Source: Candidatus Sericytochromatia bacterium
Lineage (GTDB): Bacteria > Cyanobacteriota > Sericytochromatia > S15B-MN24 > UBA4093
Assembly: GCA_036676495.1 (NCBI GenBank)
Contig: JAKFCT010000014.1
Location: 32,001-96,000, forward strand
Direction of reading: 5' to 3'
DNA length: 64,000 nt
The notes under the pieces were generated by a model. It made no database searches. It saw only the letters and a program-made list of their open reading frames with translations, and was not told the origin of the DNA. The first letter of the stretch is position 1. The number at the start of each line of letters is the position of its first letter. Below, piece after piece: positions 1-9,452 of the stretch. The translations under genes were made by a program, and so were the position numbers.

Positions 1-484
1 GGTAGCCGTTGACCAGGGTCACGTTGACCGCGAGGTAGGCCAGGGTCGCGGCGATGAAGAAGGGGACGTCCGTGATGGTCAGGGTTTCGGCCGGGGTGAT
101 GCCGGCGGCCGAGAGCACGGCGTAGCTGGCCGAGTAAGAGAGGGTGTACTGGCCGAAGTTGAAGGCCGCCAAGGACCAGTGACGCCGATGGACCAGCATG
201 TGGGCGACGAGGGTGACTCCCAGCAGGATCGCCACGGTGGCCGAGAGCCCCAGGATGAGCAGGGAGGCGAAGAAGATGGCGAAGCTGGTGGTCAGGCGCC
301 CCCCGCGCGGCAGCGGCACGTCCACGAGCTCGGTGGCGACCCCCAGGACCAGCATGGCCCAGAAGACCCAGCTATCGATGGGCAATGGGGTGGTCGGGAG
401 GATCCAGAGCCATGCCGCCAGCAGCGTGCCTGCGAGCGTCACGGCGCGGAAGTAGACGTTGGAGAGGACGGCGCGGTGGATCAC
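1..484 (-). CDS. Multi-pass membrane protein, N-terminal part only (runs off the window); resembles the membrane sensor region of GGDEF/HD-GYP/kinase proteins
   Basis: Manual translation of the minus strand from GTG at 484 gives an open, hydrophobic frame (VIHRAVLSNVYFRAVTLAGTLLAAWLWIL...VATELVDVPLPRGGRLTTSFAIFFASLLILG...AAFNFGQYTLS...LAYLAVNVTLVNGY). It is absent from the ORF track because no stop lies inside the window. Confidence 0.65.
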   Translation of the reverse strand, partial: MIHRAVLSNVYFRAVTLAGTLLAAWLWILPTTPLPIDSWVFWAMLVLGVATELVDVPLPRGGRLTTSFAIFFASLLILGLSATVAILLGVTLVAHMLVHRRHWSLAAFNFGQYTLSYSASYAVLSAAGITPAETLTITDVPFFIAATLAYLAVNVTLVNGY

Positions 485-662
485 GGGCCTCGAGACCTAA
501 AGGGACCAAGGGGACGGAGTGGACGTTCGTGCTTCAGTATACCACCCCCTCGCCCCTTCTCGACCTCTCCCGCCGATTTCCTTTGACGATTCGGCCTGTC
601 TTCGGTATCATGGCAGATCGCGAATCTACAAACCCGATCAATTCTCAATCCGAGGAGTAAGT

Positions 663-2447
663 TTGAACGCCAATATCCGAAACGTCGCTATCATTGCCCA
701 CGTCGATCACGGCAAGACCACCCTGGTGGACGGCTTGCTGCGCCAGTCGGGCGTCTTCCGCTCGAACGAAGTCGTCTCCGAGCGGGTCATGGACTCCGGA
801 GACATCGAGCGCGAGCGTGGCATCACCATCCTGGCCAAGAACACGGCCGTCGAGTACTCCGGCCACAAGATCAACATCGTCGACACCCCCGGCCACGCCG
901 ACTTCGGCGGGGAGGTCGAGCGCGTCCTCGGAATGGTTGACGGTTGCCTGCTCATCGTGGATGCCTTCGAAGGCCCCATGCCCCAGACCCGCTTCGTGCT
1001 CCGCAAGGCCCTCGAGCAGGGTCTCAAGCCGATCGTCGTCATCAACAAGATCGACCGCCCCGGCGCGCGCCCGGAGGAAGTCGTGGACCTCGTGCTCGAC
1101 CTCTTCATCGACCTCGGCGCCGACGACTCCCAGATCGAGTTCCCGGTGGTCTACGCCTCGGGCATCTCGGGCTTCGCCAAGACCCAGCTCTCGGACGAGT
1201 CCACCGATCTGCGCCCCCTCTTCGAGGCCATCCTCACCCACGTCCCCGCTCCCCTGGGGGATGCCTCCAAGCCCCTGCAGCTCCAGGTCACCACGCTCGA
1301 CTACTCCGAGTACCTGGGCCGCATCGTGATCGGCCGCATCCACAACGGCACCATCCGCGCCAGCGAGCCCAGCGTCCTGATCCGCGCCGACGGCAAGATC
1401 ACCAAGGGCAAGATCGCGAAACTCTTCACCTTCAGCGGCCTGAAGCGGATCGAGGTCGAGGAGGCCAAGGCCGGCGACCTGGTCGCCGTCGCCGGTTTCC
1501 CCGATGCCAACATCGGCGAGACCATCGCTTCGGCCGCCGATCCCATGCCGCTTCCGCTCATCCGCGTCGACGAGCCCACCCTCCAGATGACCTTCTCGGT
1601 CAACGACAGCCCCTTCGCAGGCCGCGAGGGCAAGTTCGTCACCAGCCGCCAGATCCGCGAGCGCCTCATGCGCGAGCTCGAAAGCAACGTCTCGCTGCGC
1701 GTCGAGGAAACCGACTCCACGGACGCCTTCCTCGTCAGCGGCCGCGGCGAGCTTCACCTCGGCATCCTGGTCGAGACCATGCGCCGCGAGGGCTACGAGT
1801 TCCAGATCTCGAAGCCCAAGGTCATCTTCCGCGACGTCAACGACGTCACCTACGAGCCCTTCGAGATGCTGGTGGTCGACGTCCCCGAGTGGGCGGCCGG
1901 AACCTGCATCGAGCGGCTCGGCCAGCGCCGCGCGGAGATGCAGAAGATGGATGCCACCGGCGAACGCTCCATCATCGAGTTCCTGATCCCGGCCCGCGGC
2001 CTGATCGGCTTCCGCAGCGAGTTCATCCGGGCGACTAAGGGTGAGGGCATCATGACCCACTCCTTTTTCGACTACCAGCCGCACGTCGGCGACATCGGCA
2101 GCCTGCGCAACGGCGTGCTGATCGCCCACGAGGATGGGGACTCGACCGCCTACGCCATCCAGAACCTGGAGGACCGCGGCCAGTTCTTCATCAAGCCCGG
2201 CGTCAAGGTCTACGCAGGCATGATCGTCGGCGAGCACAACCGGGCTCAGGATCTCGCGATCAACGTCTGTCGGACCAAGAAGCTCACCAACATGCGTTCC
2301 GCGGGCGGCGAAGAGCTGGTTCGGCTCACCCCGCCGGTGGACATGAACCTCGAACGCGCCATGGAGTACATCAACGAGGACGAACTCGTCGAGATCACTC
2401 CGCAGTCCGTGCGCCTGCGCAAGCAGAAGCTCAACGCGTTCAAGTAA
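663..2447 (+). CDS. typA: Translational GTPase TypA/BipA
   Basis: [55 protein letters not shown]. Probable TTG start at 663 behind GAGGAG. Confidence 0.97.
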   Translation: MNANIRNVAIIAHVDHGKTTLVDGLLRQSGVFRSNEVVSERVMDSGDIERERGITILAKNTAVEYSGHKINIVDTPGHADFGGEVERVLGMVDGCLLIVDAFEGPMPQTRFVLRKALEQGLKPIVVINKIDRPGARPEEVVDLVLDLFIDLGADDSQIEFPVVYASGISGFAKTQLSDESTDLRPLFEAILTHVPAPLGDASKPLQLQVTTLDYSEYLGRIVIGRIHNGTIRASEPSVLIRADGKITKGKIAKLFTFSGLKRIEVEEAKAGDLVAVAGFPDANIGETIASAADPMPLPLIRVDEPTLQMTFSVNDSPFAGREGKFVTSRQIRERLMRELESNVSLRVEETDSTDAFLVSGRGELHLGILVETMRREGYEFQISKPKVIFRDVNDVTYEPFEMLVVDVPEWAAGTCIERLGQRRAEMQKMDATGERSIIEFLIPARGLIGFRSEFIRATKGEGIMTHSFFDYQPHVGDIGSLRNGVLIAHEDGDSTAYAIQNLEDRGQFFIKPGVKVYAGMIVGEHNRAQDLAINVCRTKKLTNMRSAGGEELVRLTPPVDMNLERAMEYINEDELVEITPQSVRLRKQKLNAFK

Positions 2448-2454
2448 AAACAGG

Positions 2455-2480
2455 GCGGGCCCGGCGTTTGCCGGGCCCGC
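2455..2480 (+). terminator. GC-rich hairpin after typA
   Basis: GCGGGCCCGGC-gttt-GCCGGGCCCGC; lacks a U-tract on the plus strand. Confidence 0.45.
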
Positions 2481-2528
2481 TCGCATGGTATGATGGCTTC
2501 GTCCAATCATTCATCACGGGGTTCGACC

Positions 2529-3041
2529 ATGTCGCTCGCCATCTACCCGGGGTCCTTCGACCCCATCACCAACGGGCACCTCGATATCCTGGTGCGCGCC
2601 AGCCAAATCTTCGACGAGGTGATCGTCGCGGTCTTGCAGAACACCTCGAAGAACTGCATGCTGGACTTCACCGAGCGCGTGGAATTGATCCAGGCGGTCA
2701 CCGCGGATCTGCCGCGGGTCTCGGTGGACTCGTTCTCCGGCTTGACCGCGGATTACGCGCGGCTCAAGGGGGCCAAGAACCTGATCCGCGGCCTGCGAGC
2801 CGTCTCGGACTTCGACGCCGAACTGCGCATCGCCCTGGCCAACAAAAAACTCAACCCCGAGCTCGAGACGGTCTTTCTGATGACGTCCTCGGACTACCTC
2901 TTCTTGTCCTCGAGCACGGTTCGCGAAATCGCCTCCCTGGGGGGACCGACCACCGGCATGGTTCCCGAGATCGTCGAGCGTCGCCTGAGCGAGAAGTTCG
3001 CTGCCCAGGTCGACAGGAGGAATGCGCTATCAATAAGCTAG
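2529..3041 (+). CDS. coaD: Phosphopantetheine adenylyltransferase
   Basis: AIYPGSFDPITNGHLDI, IRGLRAVSDF, FLSSSTVREIA motifs. Confidence 0.96.
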   Translation: MSLAIYPGSFDPITNGHLDILVRASQIFDEVIVAVLQNTSKNCMLDFTERVELIQAVTADLPRVSVDSFSGLTADYARLKGAKNLIRGLRAVSDFDAELRIALANKKLNPELETVFLMTSSDYLFLSSSTVREIASLGGPTTGMVPEIVERRLSEKFAAQVDRRNALSIS

Positions 3042-3481
3042 AGCAAGCCCTCTTCGCCATCGAAGAGTTGGTCGTGAAATGTCCCCGGATCCCCTTCAGC
3101 AGCCGCGCGCTGGTGGACGAGGATCGCTTGCTGGATCTGATGGAGGAGCTGCGGAGCCTGCTCCCGCAGGAGCTTCAGCAGGCCCAAGAGCTGGTCGCCC
3201 AGCGCGATCAGATGCTGGCAGACGCCCAGCGCCAAGCGGATCTCATGGTGAGCGAGGCGCGCCGCCAGGCGCAGGCCATGACGGCGGAGCACAGCGTTCT
3301 GCGCGAGGCGATGGCCGAGGCGGACAAGGTCCGCAAGCAACTCGAGCAGGACACCCTCAATCAGCAAGTCGGTGCCGACCGCTACGCCGAGGAGCTGCTG
3401 ACCGACCTGGAAGCCAAGATCGCGCGCGCCCTGACCATCATCCAGAACGGCCGCACGATGCTCAACTCCGAGAAGGCGTAA
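3029..3481 (+). CDS. DivIVA/Cdv3-like coiled-coil protein (probable non-canonical ATC start)
   Basis: C-terminal part of ORF 2468..3481 (PRIPFSSRALVDEDRLLDLMEELRSLLPQEL...ADRYAEELLTDLE...IQNGR). AGGAGG at 3015-3020. Position right after coaD is typical for this family. Confidence 0.75.
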   Translation: MNKLEQALFAIEELVVKCPRIPFSSRALVDEDRLLDLMEELRSLLPQELQQAQELVAQRDQMLADAQRQADLMVSEARRQAQAMTAEHSVLREAMAEADKVRKQLEQDTLNQQVGADRYAEELLTDLEAKIARALTIIQNGRTMLNSEKA

Positions 3482-3482
3482 C

Positions 3483-4331
3483 ATGGCCCGCGTGGCGATC
3501 GCCCAGGTTTCCCCCGTCCTGGGGGATTTGGACCGCAACCTCCGCACGCATCTGGAGCGCATCGAGTCGGCCCGCGAAGCCGGAGCGTCCCTGATCGTCT
3601 TCCCGGAACTCTCGCTGACCGGCTACTTCCTCAAGGACCTGACGGCCGACGTCGCCATGGCCCCCGATCACCCGGTCCTCGCCCGACTCGCCGAAGCGAG
3701 CCTCGGCATCGACATCGTGGCGGGTTACATCGCGCTCGAGGACGACCACGCCTACATCGCGGCCGGCTACTGGTCGCAGGGGCGCTTGATTCACCGCCAT
3801 CACAAGGCTTACCTCCCTACCTACGGCATGTTCGAAGAGGGGCGCTTCGTCACGGCGGGATTCAAGCTGCGGGCCTTCGACGCCCCGCTGGGACGCTCGG
3901 CGATGCTGATCTGCGAGGACCTCTGGCATCCCTCGACGGTGGGCATCGTCTCGGTGGACGGGGCCGACCTCCTGATCGGCATTGCGGCCTCGCCGGCCCG
4001 CGGCTTCGGGGGCGATCGCCCCGACAGCGCCCGCATCTACGAGCAGATGACCGAACTCTACGCCCGCCTCTACGGCCTCAACGTCCTCTTCGCCAACCGG
4101 GTCGGCTTCGAGGACGGCATCGGCTTCTGGGGCGGATCCCGGATCGTCGATCCCTTCGGAGTCGAGCGCGCCCGCGCACCCTACTTCGACGAGGCCTTGA
4201 TCGTGGCGGATATCGACCTCACGGCGAGCCACCGCGCCCGCCGCCTCATGCCGCTGACGCGCGACGAGCGTCCCGACCTCACCATCGCCGAATTGCAGCG
4301 GGTGCTGGCGCGGCGCGCGGAACGCCTCTAA
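3483..4331 (+). CDS. Nitrilase/carbon-nitrogen hydrolase family protein (NAD-synthetase glutaminase-like)
   Basis: Catalytic triad E-K-C in VFPELSLTGY, HHKAYLPTYGMFEEGR, ICEDLWHP; also NRVGFEDG and FWGGS. Confidence 0.88.
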   Translation: MARVAIAQVSPVLGDLDRNLRTHLERIESAREAGASLIVFPELSLTGYFLKDLTADVAMAPDHPVLARLAEASLGIDIVAGYIALEDDHAYIAAGYWSQGRLIHRHHKAYLPTYGMFEEGRFVTAGFKLRAFDAPLGRSAMLICEDLWHPSTVGIVSVDGADLLIGIAASPARGFGGDRPDSARIYEQMTELYARLYGLNVLFANRVGFEDGIGFWGGSRIVDPFGVERARAPYFDEALIVADIDLTASHRARRLMPLTRDERPDLTIAELQRVLARRAERL

Positions 4332-4340
4332 CCCCTCGAA

Positions 4341-4371
4341 GCGGGCCGTCCGGGACTTTCGGACGGCCCGC
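4341..4371 (+). terminator. Hairpin after the typA-coaD-nitrilase run
   Basis: GCGGGCCGTCCG...CGGACGGCCCGC inverted repeat. Confidence 0.5.
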
Positions 4372-4466
4372 AAACATGTGCGCGGATCACATTTTTTGAT
4401 CCCAATCCGCTCTAAACTTGGAGGGCCGCATCAACTACGCCTTGGCGTTTCTGAAGGAGGACCTCG

Positions 4467-4880
4467 ATGGCTTTCGACTCGGAGAATCCCGCGACTCAGC
4501 CCTGGAACGGGCTGGAGAATGCCTACAAGTCCAACGGGCGCCTGAGCGAGGACAACCCTGAGATCGTCGCCATCTTCCAGCAACTCAAGAACCTCCGCGA
4601 AGCCGACCGCAGCCTGCGCTCCCTGCGCCGGACCATGACCCTCGACAACATGCCCATCCTGGAGCCCGTGGTCGAGGAGGAAGTCGAGGACGTCGTGGCG
4701 GAGGCGGTGCCGGAAGCCCCGCGCAACGACCTCGAGCAGCTCCTGGAATCCTTCGTCGAACTCAAGCAGGAGAAGTCGACCCTGGAGGCCCGCTTCGCCC
4801 AGATGATGGATGCCGTCGGCCAGTTGCAGGAGACCGTCCAGAAGCAAGCCGCCGAAATCGAGCAGCTGCGCAACCGCTAG
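4467..4880 (+). CDS. Hypothetical acidic coiled-coil protein
   Basis: AGGAGG RBS, host-like codon usage, C-terminal heptads (LEQLLESFVELKQEKSTLEARFAQMMDAVGQLQ). Confidence 0.75.
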   Translation: MAFDSENPATQPWNGLENAYKSNGRLSEDNPEIVAIFQQLKNLREADRSLRSLRRTMTLDNMPILEPVVEEEVEDVVAEAVPEAPRNDLEQLLESFVELKQEKSTLEARFAQMMDAVGQLQETVQKQAAEIEQLRNR

Positions 4881-4902
4881 GGCGCTGTCAAACCTTCCTT
4901 TC

Positions 4903-4928
4903 AAGCCCCCCGAGTTCTCGGGGGGCTT
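4903..4928 (+). terminator. Intrinsic terminator-like hairpin
   Basis: AAGCCCCCCGAG-tt-CTCGGGGGGCTT. Confidence 0.55.
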
Positions 4929-4978
4929 CGCGCTGGCGGCTCATTTGCTAAGATAGCGGCATGGAGAGGAGGGCGGTC

Positions 4979-5965
4979 ATGGGACGTCGCATCGATCTAC
5001 ACGTCCATCTCGCGGGCCTTCAAGGGGATGGCTGCGGCTGCTTCGTCTCGGACCAGATGCGGCGGACGCTGACCTTTCGCATCCTCATGCGCCTCATGGG
5101 GGCGGACGTCCGGTTTCCCGCCCAGGCCAACGAAACCTACGTGCGGCGGCTCTCCGAACTGTTGGAGACGTCGACGGAGCTGGACTACGCATGTCTCTTC
5201 GCGATGGACGGGGTCTACGATGCCCGTGGCGAGCTCGTGCCGGCTGAGTCGCACCTCTACGTGCCGAACGCTTACGTCTTCGCGGCCAGCCGCCGCAGCC
5301 CCCACCTCCTGCCAGTGATCTCCATCAACCCGCAGCGCCATGATGCGCTGGAGGAGCTGGAGCGCTGGGGGGATCAGGCGATCGCCCTCAAATGGCTCGC
5401 TCCCATGCAGAAGTTCGACCCCTCAGAAGCCCGCTACGAGCCTTTTTACCGCAAGCTCGGCGAGCTGGGCCTACCGGTCATCGCCCATACCGGCTGCGAG
5501 CACACCTTCCCGGGCATGGAGCAGCGGCTGGGTAATCCAGTCCTCTACGAGCGCCTGATCCGGCAGGGAGTGCCGGTGATCTTCAGCCATTGCGGGACGG
5601 GCTCGTTTCTCTACCCCGGACACGACTACTCCGCAGCTTTCGTGGCCATGCTGGAGCGTTACGACAACGTCTACGGAGATACCTCGGCCTTCTGCTCGCT
5701 CGTGCGCTACAAGCAGGTGCGGCGCTTCGCCGCGGACCGCTACGCGGGACGGATCCTCCACGGCTCGGATTTCCCGATTCCCAGCAGCGCGCTTTACTTC
5801 CTGCCCGCCCTGGGCTTCGGGAAGGTGCTGGACCTCGAAAAGGGCCGGCACCCCATGGATCGCGACGTGAAGATCAAACGGGCCATGGGGATGCCGGACT
5901 CGGTTTTCGAGGGGGCTTACGCGTTGCTGGAGAAGCGGATCGCGTGCTGGGTGGCCAGCCGCTAA
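4979..5965 (+). CDS. Amidohydrolase family (metal-dependent TIM-barrel) protein
   Basis: IDLHVH, AHTGCEH, SHCG, GDTSA, HGSDFP motifs; ATG 4979 behind GAGGAGG (alternative start 4961). Confidence 0.85.
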   Translation: MGRRIDLHVHLAGLQGDGCGCFVSDQMRRTLTFRILMRLMGADVRFPAQANETYVRRLSELLETSTELDYACLFAMDGVYDARGELVPAESHLYVPNAYVFAASRRSPHLLPVISINPQRHDALEELERWGDQAIALKWLAPMQKFDPSEARYEPFYRKLGELGLPVIAHTGCEHTFPGMEQRLGNPVLYERLIRQGVPVIFSHCGTGSFLYPGHDYSAAFVAMLERYDNVYGDTSAFCSLVRYKQVRRFAADRYAGRILHGSDFPIPSSALYFLPALGFGKVLDLEKGRHPMDRDVKIKRAMGMPDSVFEGAYALLEKRIACWVASR

Positions 5966-7986
5966 TTCAAGCTGTCGATCAGGTCTGCCGGCGCGTCGAG
6001 GGGGGCTCCTCCGGGCGCCGGCGTGGCCGTGCCGTCGAGCGGCACGTTCAAGAGCGGAACGCCTTCCGAGCCACTGGCCGGCTGGGTCGAGGGTTGCTCG
6101 GGCAATTCCGGCGGCGTGAAGGTCGAGGGCTTGGTATCCTTGAGGGCTACCCGCATGACCTTGTTCCAGATGGGAGCGCAGATGCCACCGCCGGTGGTGC
6201 CGCCGCGCATCTGCGAGTTGTCGTCGTTGCCGACCCAGACCACGGCGACCAGGTCGGGCGTGTAGCCCACGAACCACGCGTCCCGGTGGTCTGACGTGGT
6301 GCCGGTCTTGCCTGCCGCGGGGCGTCCGATGTTGGCGGCGGCGCCCGTGCCCCACTTCACGACGCCCTGGAGCACGTCGTTGAGGACGCGCACGGGGTTC
6401 TCGGGGTAGACCCGGCGAAGCTTGGGGGAGCGCTGCTCGATCAAGGCACCCGAGCGATCCTCGACCTTGCTGTAGGCCAGGGGTTCGGTACGCATGCCCT
6501 CCGCGGCGAAGACGCCGAAGGCCGATGCCAGCTCCAGCGGAGTCACCTCGGAGGTGCCCAGGGCCAGCGAGAGGTTGGGCCTCAATTCGCTTTGCAAGCC
6601 AACCATGTGCGAGGTCTCGATGACGTTCTCCAGGCCCACCCGCTGGGCCAGCTTGACGGCGATGACGTTGTTCGAGCGTTCGAGGGCCTTGCGGAGCGGC
6701 ATGGCCCCGGAATGCTTGCCGTCGTAGTTCTTGGGAGTCCAGACTTGGCCGGCCCCGGCGTCGAAGGAGACGGGATCGTCGACCATCGGGGTCCACGGCC
6801 AGAGGCCGGAGTTGAAGGCCGCGAGGTAGACGAAGGGCTTGAAGGCCGATCCGGGTTGGCGATAGGCCTGGATGACGCGATTGAACTTCGAGGCCTTGTA
6901 GTCCACGCCCCCGACCATGGCCTTGATGAAGCCGGTCTTGGGCTCGATGACCACGATGGCACCCTGGCTGAAGTTCAGCCGCTTGCCGTGCTTCGCGATG
7001 CTCTCCTTGAGCAGGCGCTCGGCTTCCAGTTGAAGATCCAGGTCGAGCGTCGAGTGGATACGCAGGCCGCCCTTCATCACGGTGTCCTCGCCGTAGCGGG
7101 TGATGAGCTGTTGGATCAGGTAGGAGCTGAAGTACGGGGCGCGGTACGCATAGCTGGTGATGCCCGTGAGCGTGATGGGTTGAGCTTTGGCCGCCTCGGC
7201 CTGGCGATCGGTGATGAAGCCGGCCGTGACCATGCGCTGCAGGGCGACGCTTTGACCGCGCTTGGCGAGGTCCATGTTGCGGTAGGGCGAGTAGCGCTCG
7301 GGGCCGCGCAGGAGGTACGCGAGCATGGCGCTCTCGGCGAGCGTCAGGTCCCGGGTGTGCTTGCCGAAGTAGTTGAGGCCGGCCGCTTCGACCCCATAGG
7401 TGTTATGGCCCCAGTAGACCTGGTTCAGGTACAGCTCCAGGATCTGATCCTTGGAGTAGCGCTGTTCGATCTGGATGGCGAGCCATGCTTCCGCGAGCTT
7501 TCGGGTGATGTTCTTGGAGCGATCCAGAAAGAGGTTCTTGGCGAGCTGCTGGGTGAGGGTGCTGCCTCCCTGGACCGAGCCGCCCTCGGCGATGTCGGTC
7601 AGCAGCGCCCGCAGCATGCCGCGCGGGCTGATGCCCTGGTGCTGGTAGAAGCGATCGTCCTCGACGGCGATGATGGCCTGTTGGAGATGCTTGGGAATCT
7701 CTCCCAGGGGAACGACCACCCGGTTCTCTTCGCCGTGCAGGTTGGCGACGAGCTGCCCCTTGGCGTCGTAAATCTTGGAGGTCTCGAAGGGCACGTAGCC
7801 CTCCAGGGAGCTCACGTCGGGAAGCGACGAGAGGGCCAGTGCCAGCCCGATGGCCGCTCCCAGGCCGGCGAAGCCGACCTGGGCGAAGACGAAGGCCGCG
7901 ACCTCACGCGGTCTCAACGACCGCGTGGGGCCCGTACGGGCTTTGGGGGCCTTGGCCTGATTGGGCCGGGGGGGCTGGTTGGGCAC
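5962..7986 (-). CDS. Class A penicillin-binding protein (PBP1A family)
   Basis: Transglycosylase motifs EDDRFYQH, GGSTLTQQLAKN, RKLAE; transpeptidase motifs SAFK, SNN, KTG. Confidence 0.95.
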   Translation of the reverse strand: MPNQPPRPNQAKAPKARTGPTRSLRPREVAAFVFAQVGFAGLGAAIGLALALSSLPDVSSLEGYVPFETSKIYDAKGQLVANLHGEENRVVVPLGEIPKHLQQAIIAVEDDRFYQHQGISPRGMLRALLTDIAEGGSVQGGSTLTQQLAKNLFLDRSKNITRKLAEAWLAIQIEQRYSKDQILELYLNQVYWGHNTYGVEAAGLNYFGKHTRDLTLAESAMLAYLLRGPERYSPYRNMDLAKRGQSVALQRMVTAGFITDRQAEAAKAQPITLTGITSYAYRAPYFSSYLIQQLITRYGEDTVMKGGLRIHSTLDLDLQLEAERLLKESIAKHGKRLNFSQGAIVVIEPKTGFIKAMVGGVDYKASKFNRVIQAYRQPGSAFKPFVYLAAFNSGLWPWTPMVDDPVSFDAGAGQVWTPKNYDGKHSGAMPLRKALERSNNVIAVKLAQRVGLENVIETSHMVGLQSELRPNLSLALGTSEVTPLELASAFGVFAAEGMRTEPLAYSKVEDRSGALIEQRSPKLRRVYPENPVRVLNDVLQGVVKWGTGAAANIGRPAAGKTGTTSDHRDAWFVGYTPDLVAVVWVGNDDNSQMRGGTTGGGICAPIWNKVMRVALKDTKPSTFTPPELPEQPSTQPASGSEGVPLLNVPLDGTATPAPGGAPLDAPADLIDSLN

Positions 7987-7993
7987 GGAGAAC

Positions 7994-8767
7994 CTAGGCG
8001 AGCGCGGCCCGCAGCAGCATGTCCATGGCCTTGGCCGCCTTGGCGGCGACGTCCACGACTTCTCCGTGCGAGGTGGTGGCCTGGGTCTCGGCCGTGGTCG
8101 CGATGTTGGTGATACAGGAGATGCCGATCACCGAGAGGCCCCGCGAGGCGGCATAGGCCGATTCAGGGACGGTGGACATGCCCACGGCGTCGCCGCCGAT
8201 CCGCTGCAGCCAGGTGATCTCCGCCGGGGTCTCGTAGGAGGGACCCAGCAGGCCGACGTAGGTGCCGCGGCGCAGCGTGAAGGGCGCGTGCTTCGTCGCC
8301 CAGTCCGCGAGGCGCTCGCGCCACGCGGCGTCGTAGACGGAGGCCGGGGTCAGGGCCTTGGCGGCCTCGGCACCCTGCACGCCCATGAGGTTGATGTGAT
8401 CGTCGATCAGCATCAGGTCCCCGGCCACCCAGTCCCGCAGGCCGCCGGCCGCGTTGGTCAGGATGATCCGGCGGATGCCGATCTGCTCGAAGAGCCGCAT
8501 GATGGCCGTGGCCGACTCGAGCGGATGCCCCTCGTAGAGGTGGAAGCGGCCCCGGGCGATCGCGACGACCGGTCCGCCCGGCACCCGTCCTACCGTGAGC
8601 ACGCCGGCATGGCCTGCCACCGTGGTCTCCGGCAGGCCGGGAATCTCGCTGTAGGGAATGTCGAGGCGATCTTCCAGGTCTTCGAGCACCACGATGCCGG
8701 AACCGAGCACGATGCCCACTTCGGGCATCACCGGCAGGGAGGGCAGGAGGGGGGATTTTTCGGTCAC
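7994..8767 (-). CDS. punA: Purine nucleoside phosphorylase (trimeric PNP/PunA family)
   Basis: VLGSG, VAGHAG, GRFHLYEG, TNAAGG, GPSYETPAE, VGMSTVPE, CITN. Confidence 0.9.
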   Translation of the reverse strand: MTEKSPLLPSLPVMPEVGIVLGSGIVVLEDLEDRLDIPYSEIPGLPETTVAGHAGVLTVGRVPGGPVVAIARGRFHLYEGHPLESATAIMRLFEQIGIRRIILTNAAGGLRDWVAGDLMLIDDHINLMGVQGAEAAKALTPASVYDAAWRERLADWATKHAPFTLRRGTYVGLLGPSYETPAEITWLQRIGGDAVGMSTVPESAYAASRGLSVIGISCITNIATTAETQATTSHGEVVDVAAKAAKAMDMLLRAALA

Positions 8768-8789
8768 GTCGGGGATCTCCTCTCAGGGG

Positions 8790-9347
8790 TCATGGGCGGG
8801 AGTCGGGCTGGGACGTCCAGACCGCCTCGGTGGCATTGAGATTCTTCAAGTGTTCGTACTGGTGAATGAACATCCCTTCGACCAGGCGCATGGCCCGGCG
8901 CCACGGCCGAGTTTCCGGCGAAAGGGGAGTCACCAGGATGGGGTGGGCTCCCAGGCGGTTGCCCCCCAGCACGTCGGTGAAAAGCTGATCTCCGACGATC
9001 GCGACCTCGCGCGGCTGGAGGTTCATCGCGGCGAGCGCCCGGCGAAAGCCCTGGCGACGCGGCTTGAACGCCTGGTGCAGGCAGGGCAGGTCGAGATCCT
9101 CCGCCACGCGGGTCACGCGCTCTCCGGAGTTATTGTTGGAGACGATGTAGAGCTGGAACTCGCTGCGCATCGCGCCGATCCACTCCCGCACCTGATCGGC
9201 GGCGGTATGCGAGATCGCGGTCACCAGGGTCTCGTCCAGATCTAGGATCAAGCCCCGGATCCCATGGGCTTTCAGGTAGTCTGGTGTGATGTCGGCGACC
9301 GAAGCAACCCAGACCTTCGGTGCCAGGAGTCCAAATGGATTCGTCAT
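8790..9347 (-). CDS. yqeG: YqeG family HAD-IIIA phosphatase
   Basis: DLDETL, VSNN, AFKP, VGDQLFTDVLGGNRLG. Confidence 0.9.
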   Translation of the reverse strand: MTNPFGLLAPKVWVASVADITPDYLKAHGIRGLILDLDETLVTAISHTAADQVREWIGAMRSEFQLYIVSNNNSGERVTRVAEDLDLPCLHQAFKPRRQGFRRALAAMNLQPREVAIVGDQLFTDVLGGNRLGAHPILVTPLSPETRPWRRAMRLVEGMFIHQYEHLKNLNATEAVWTSQPDSRP

Positions 9348-9452
9348 ACGCCTATCTTACCACCGATTTCGGCCCCGGAACCCCGATTCGCGCGCTAAAC
9401 GCCGCGCAAGCCTCGCTCGCCGAAACCTCGCCCGCGCCCCATGGAGGGCTCG

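Noticed and set aside
4377-4391. TGTGC-N5-TCACA resembling a CRP site
   Set aside because: The spacer is 5 rather than 6 nt and one half-site mismatches; not supportable.
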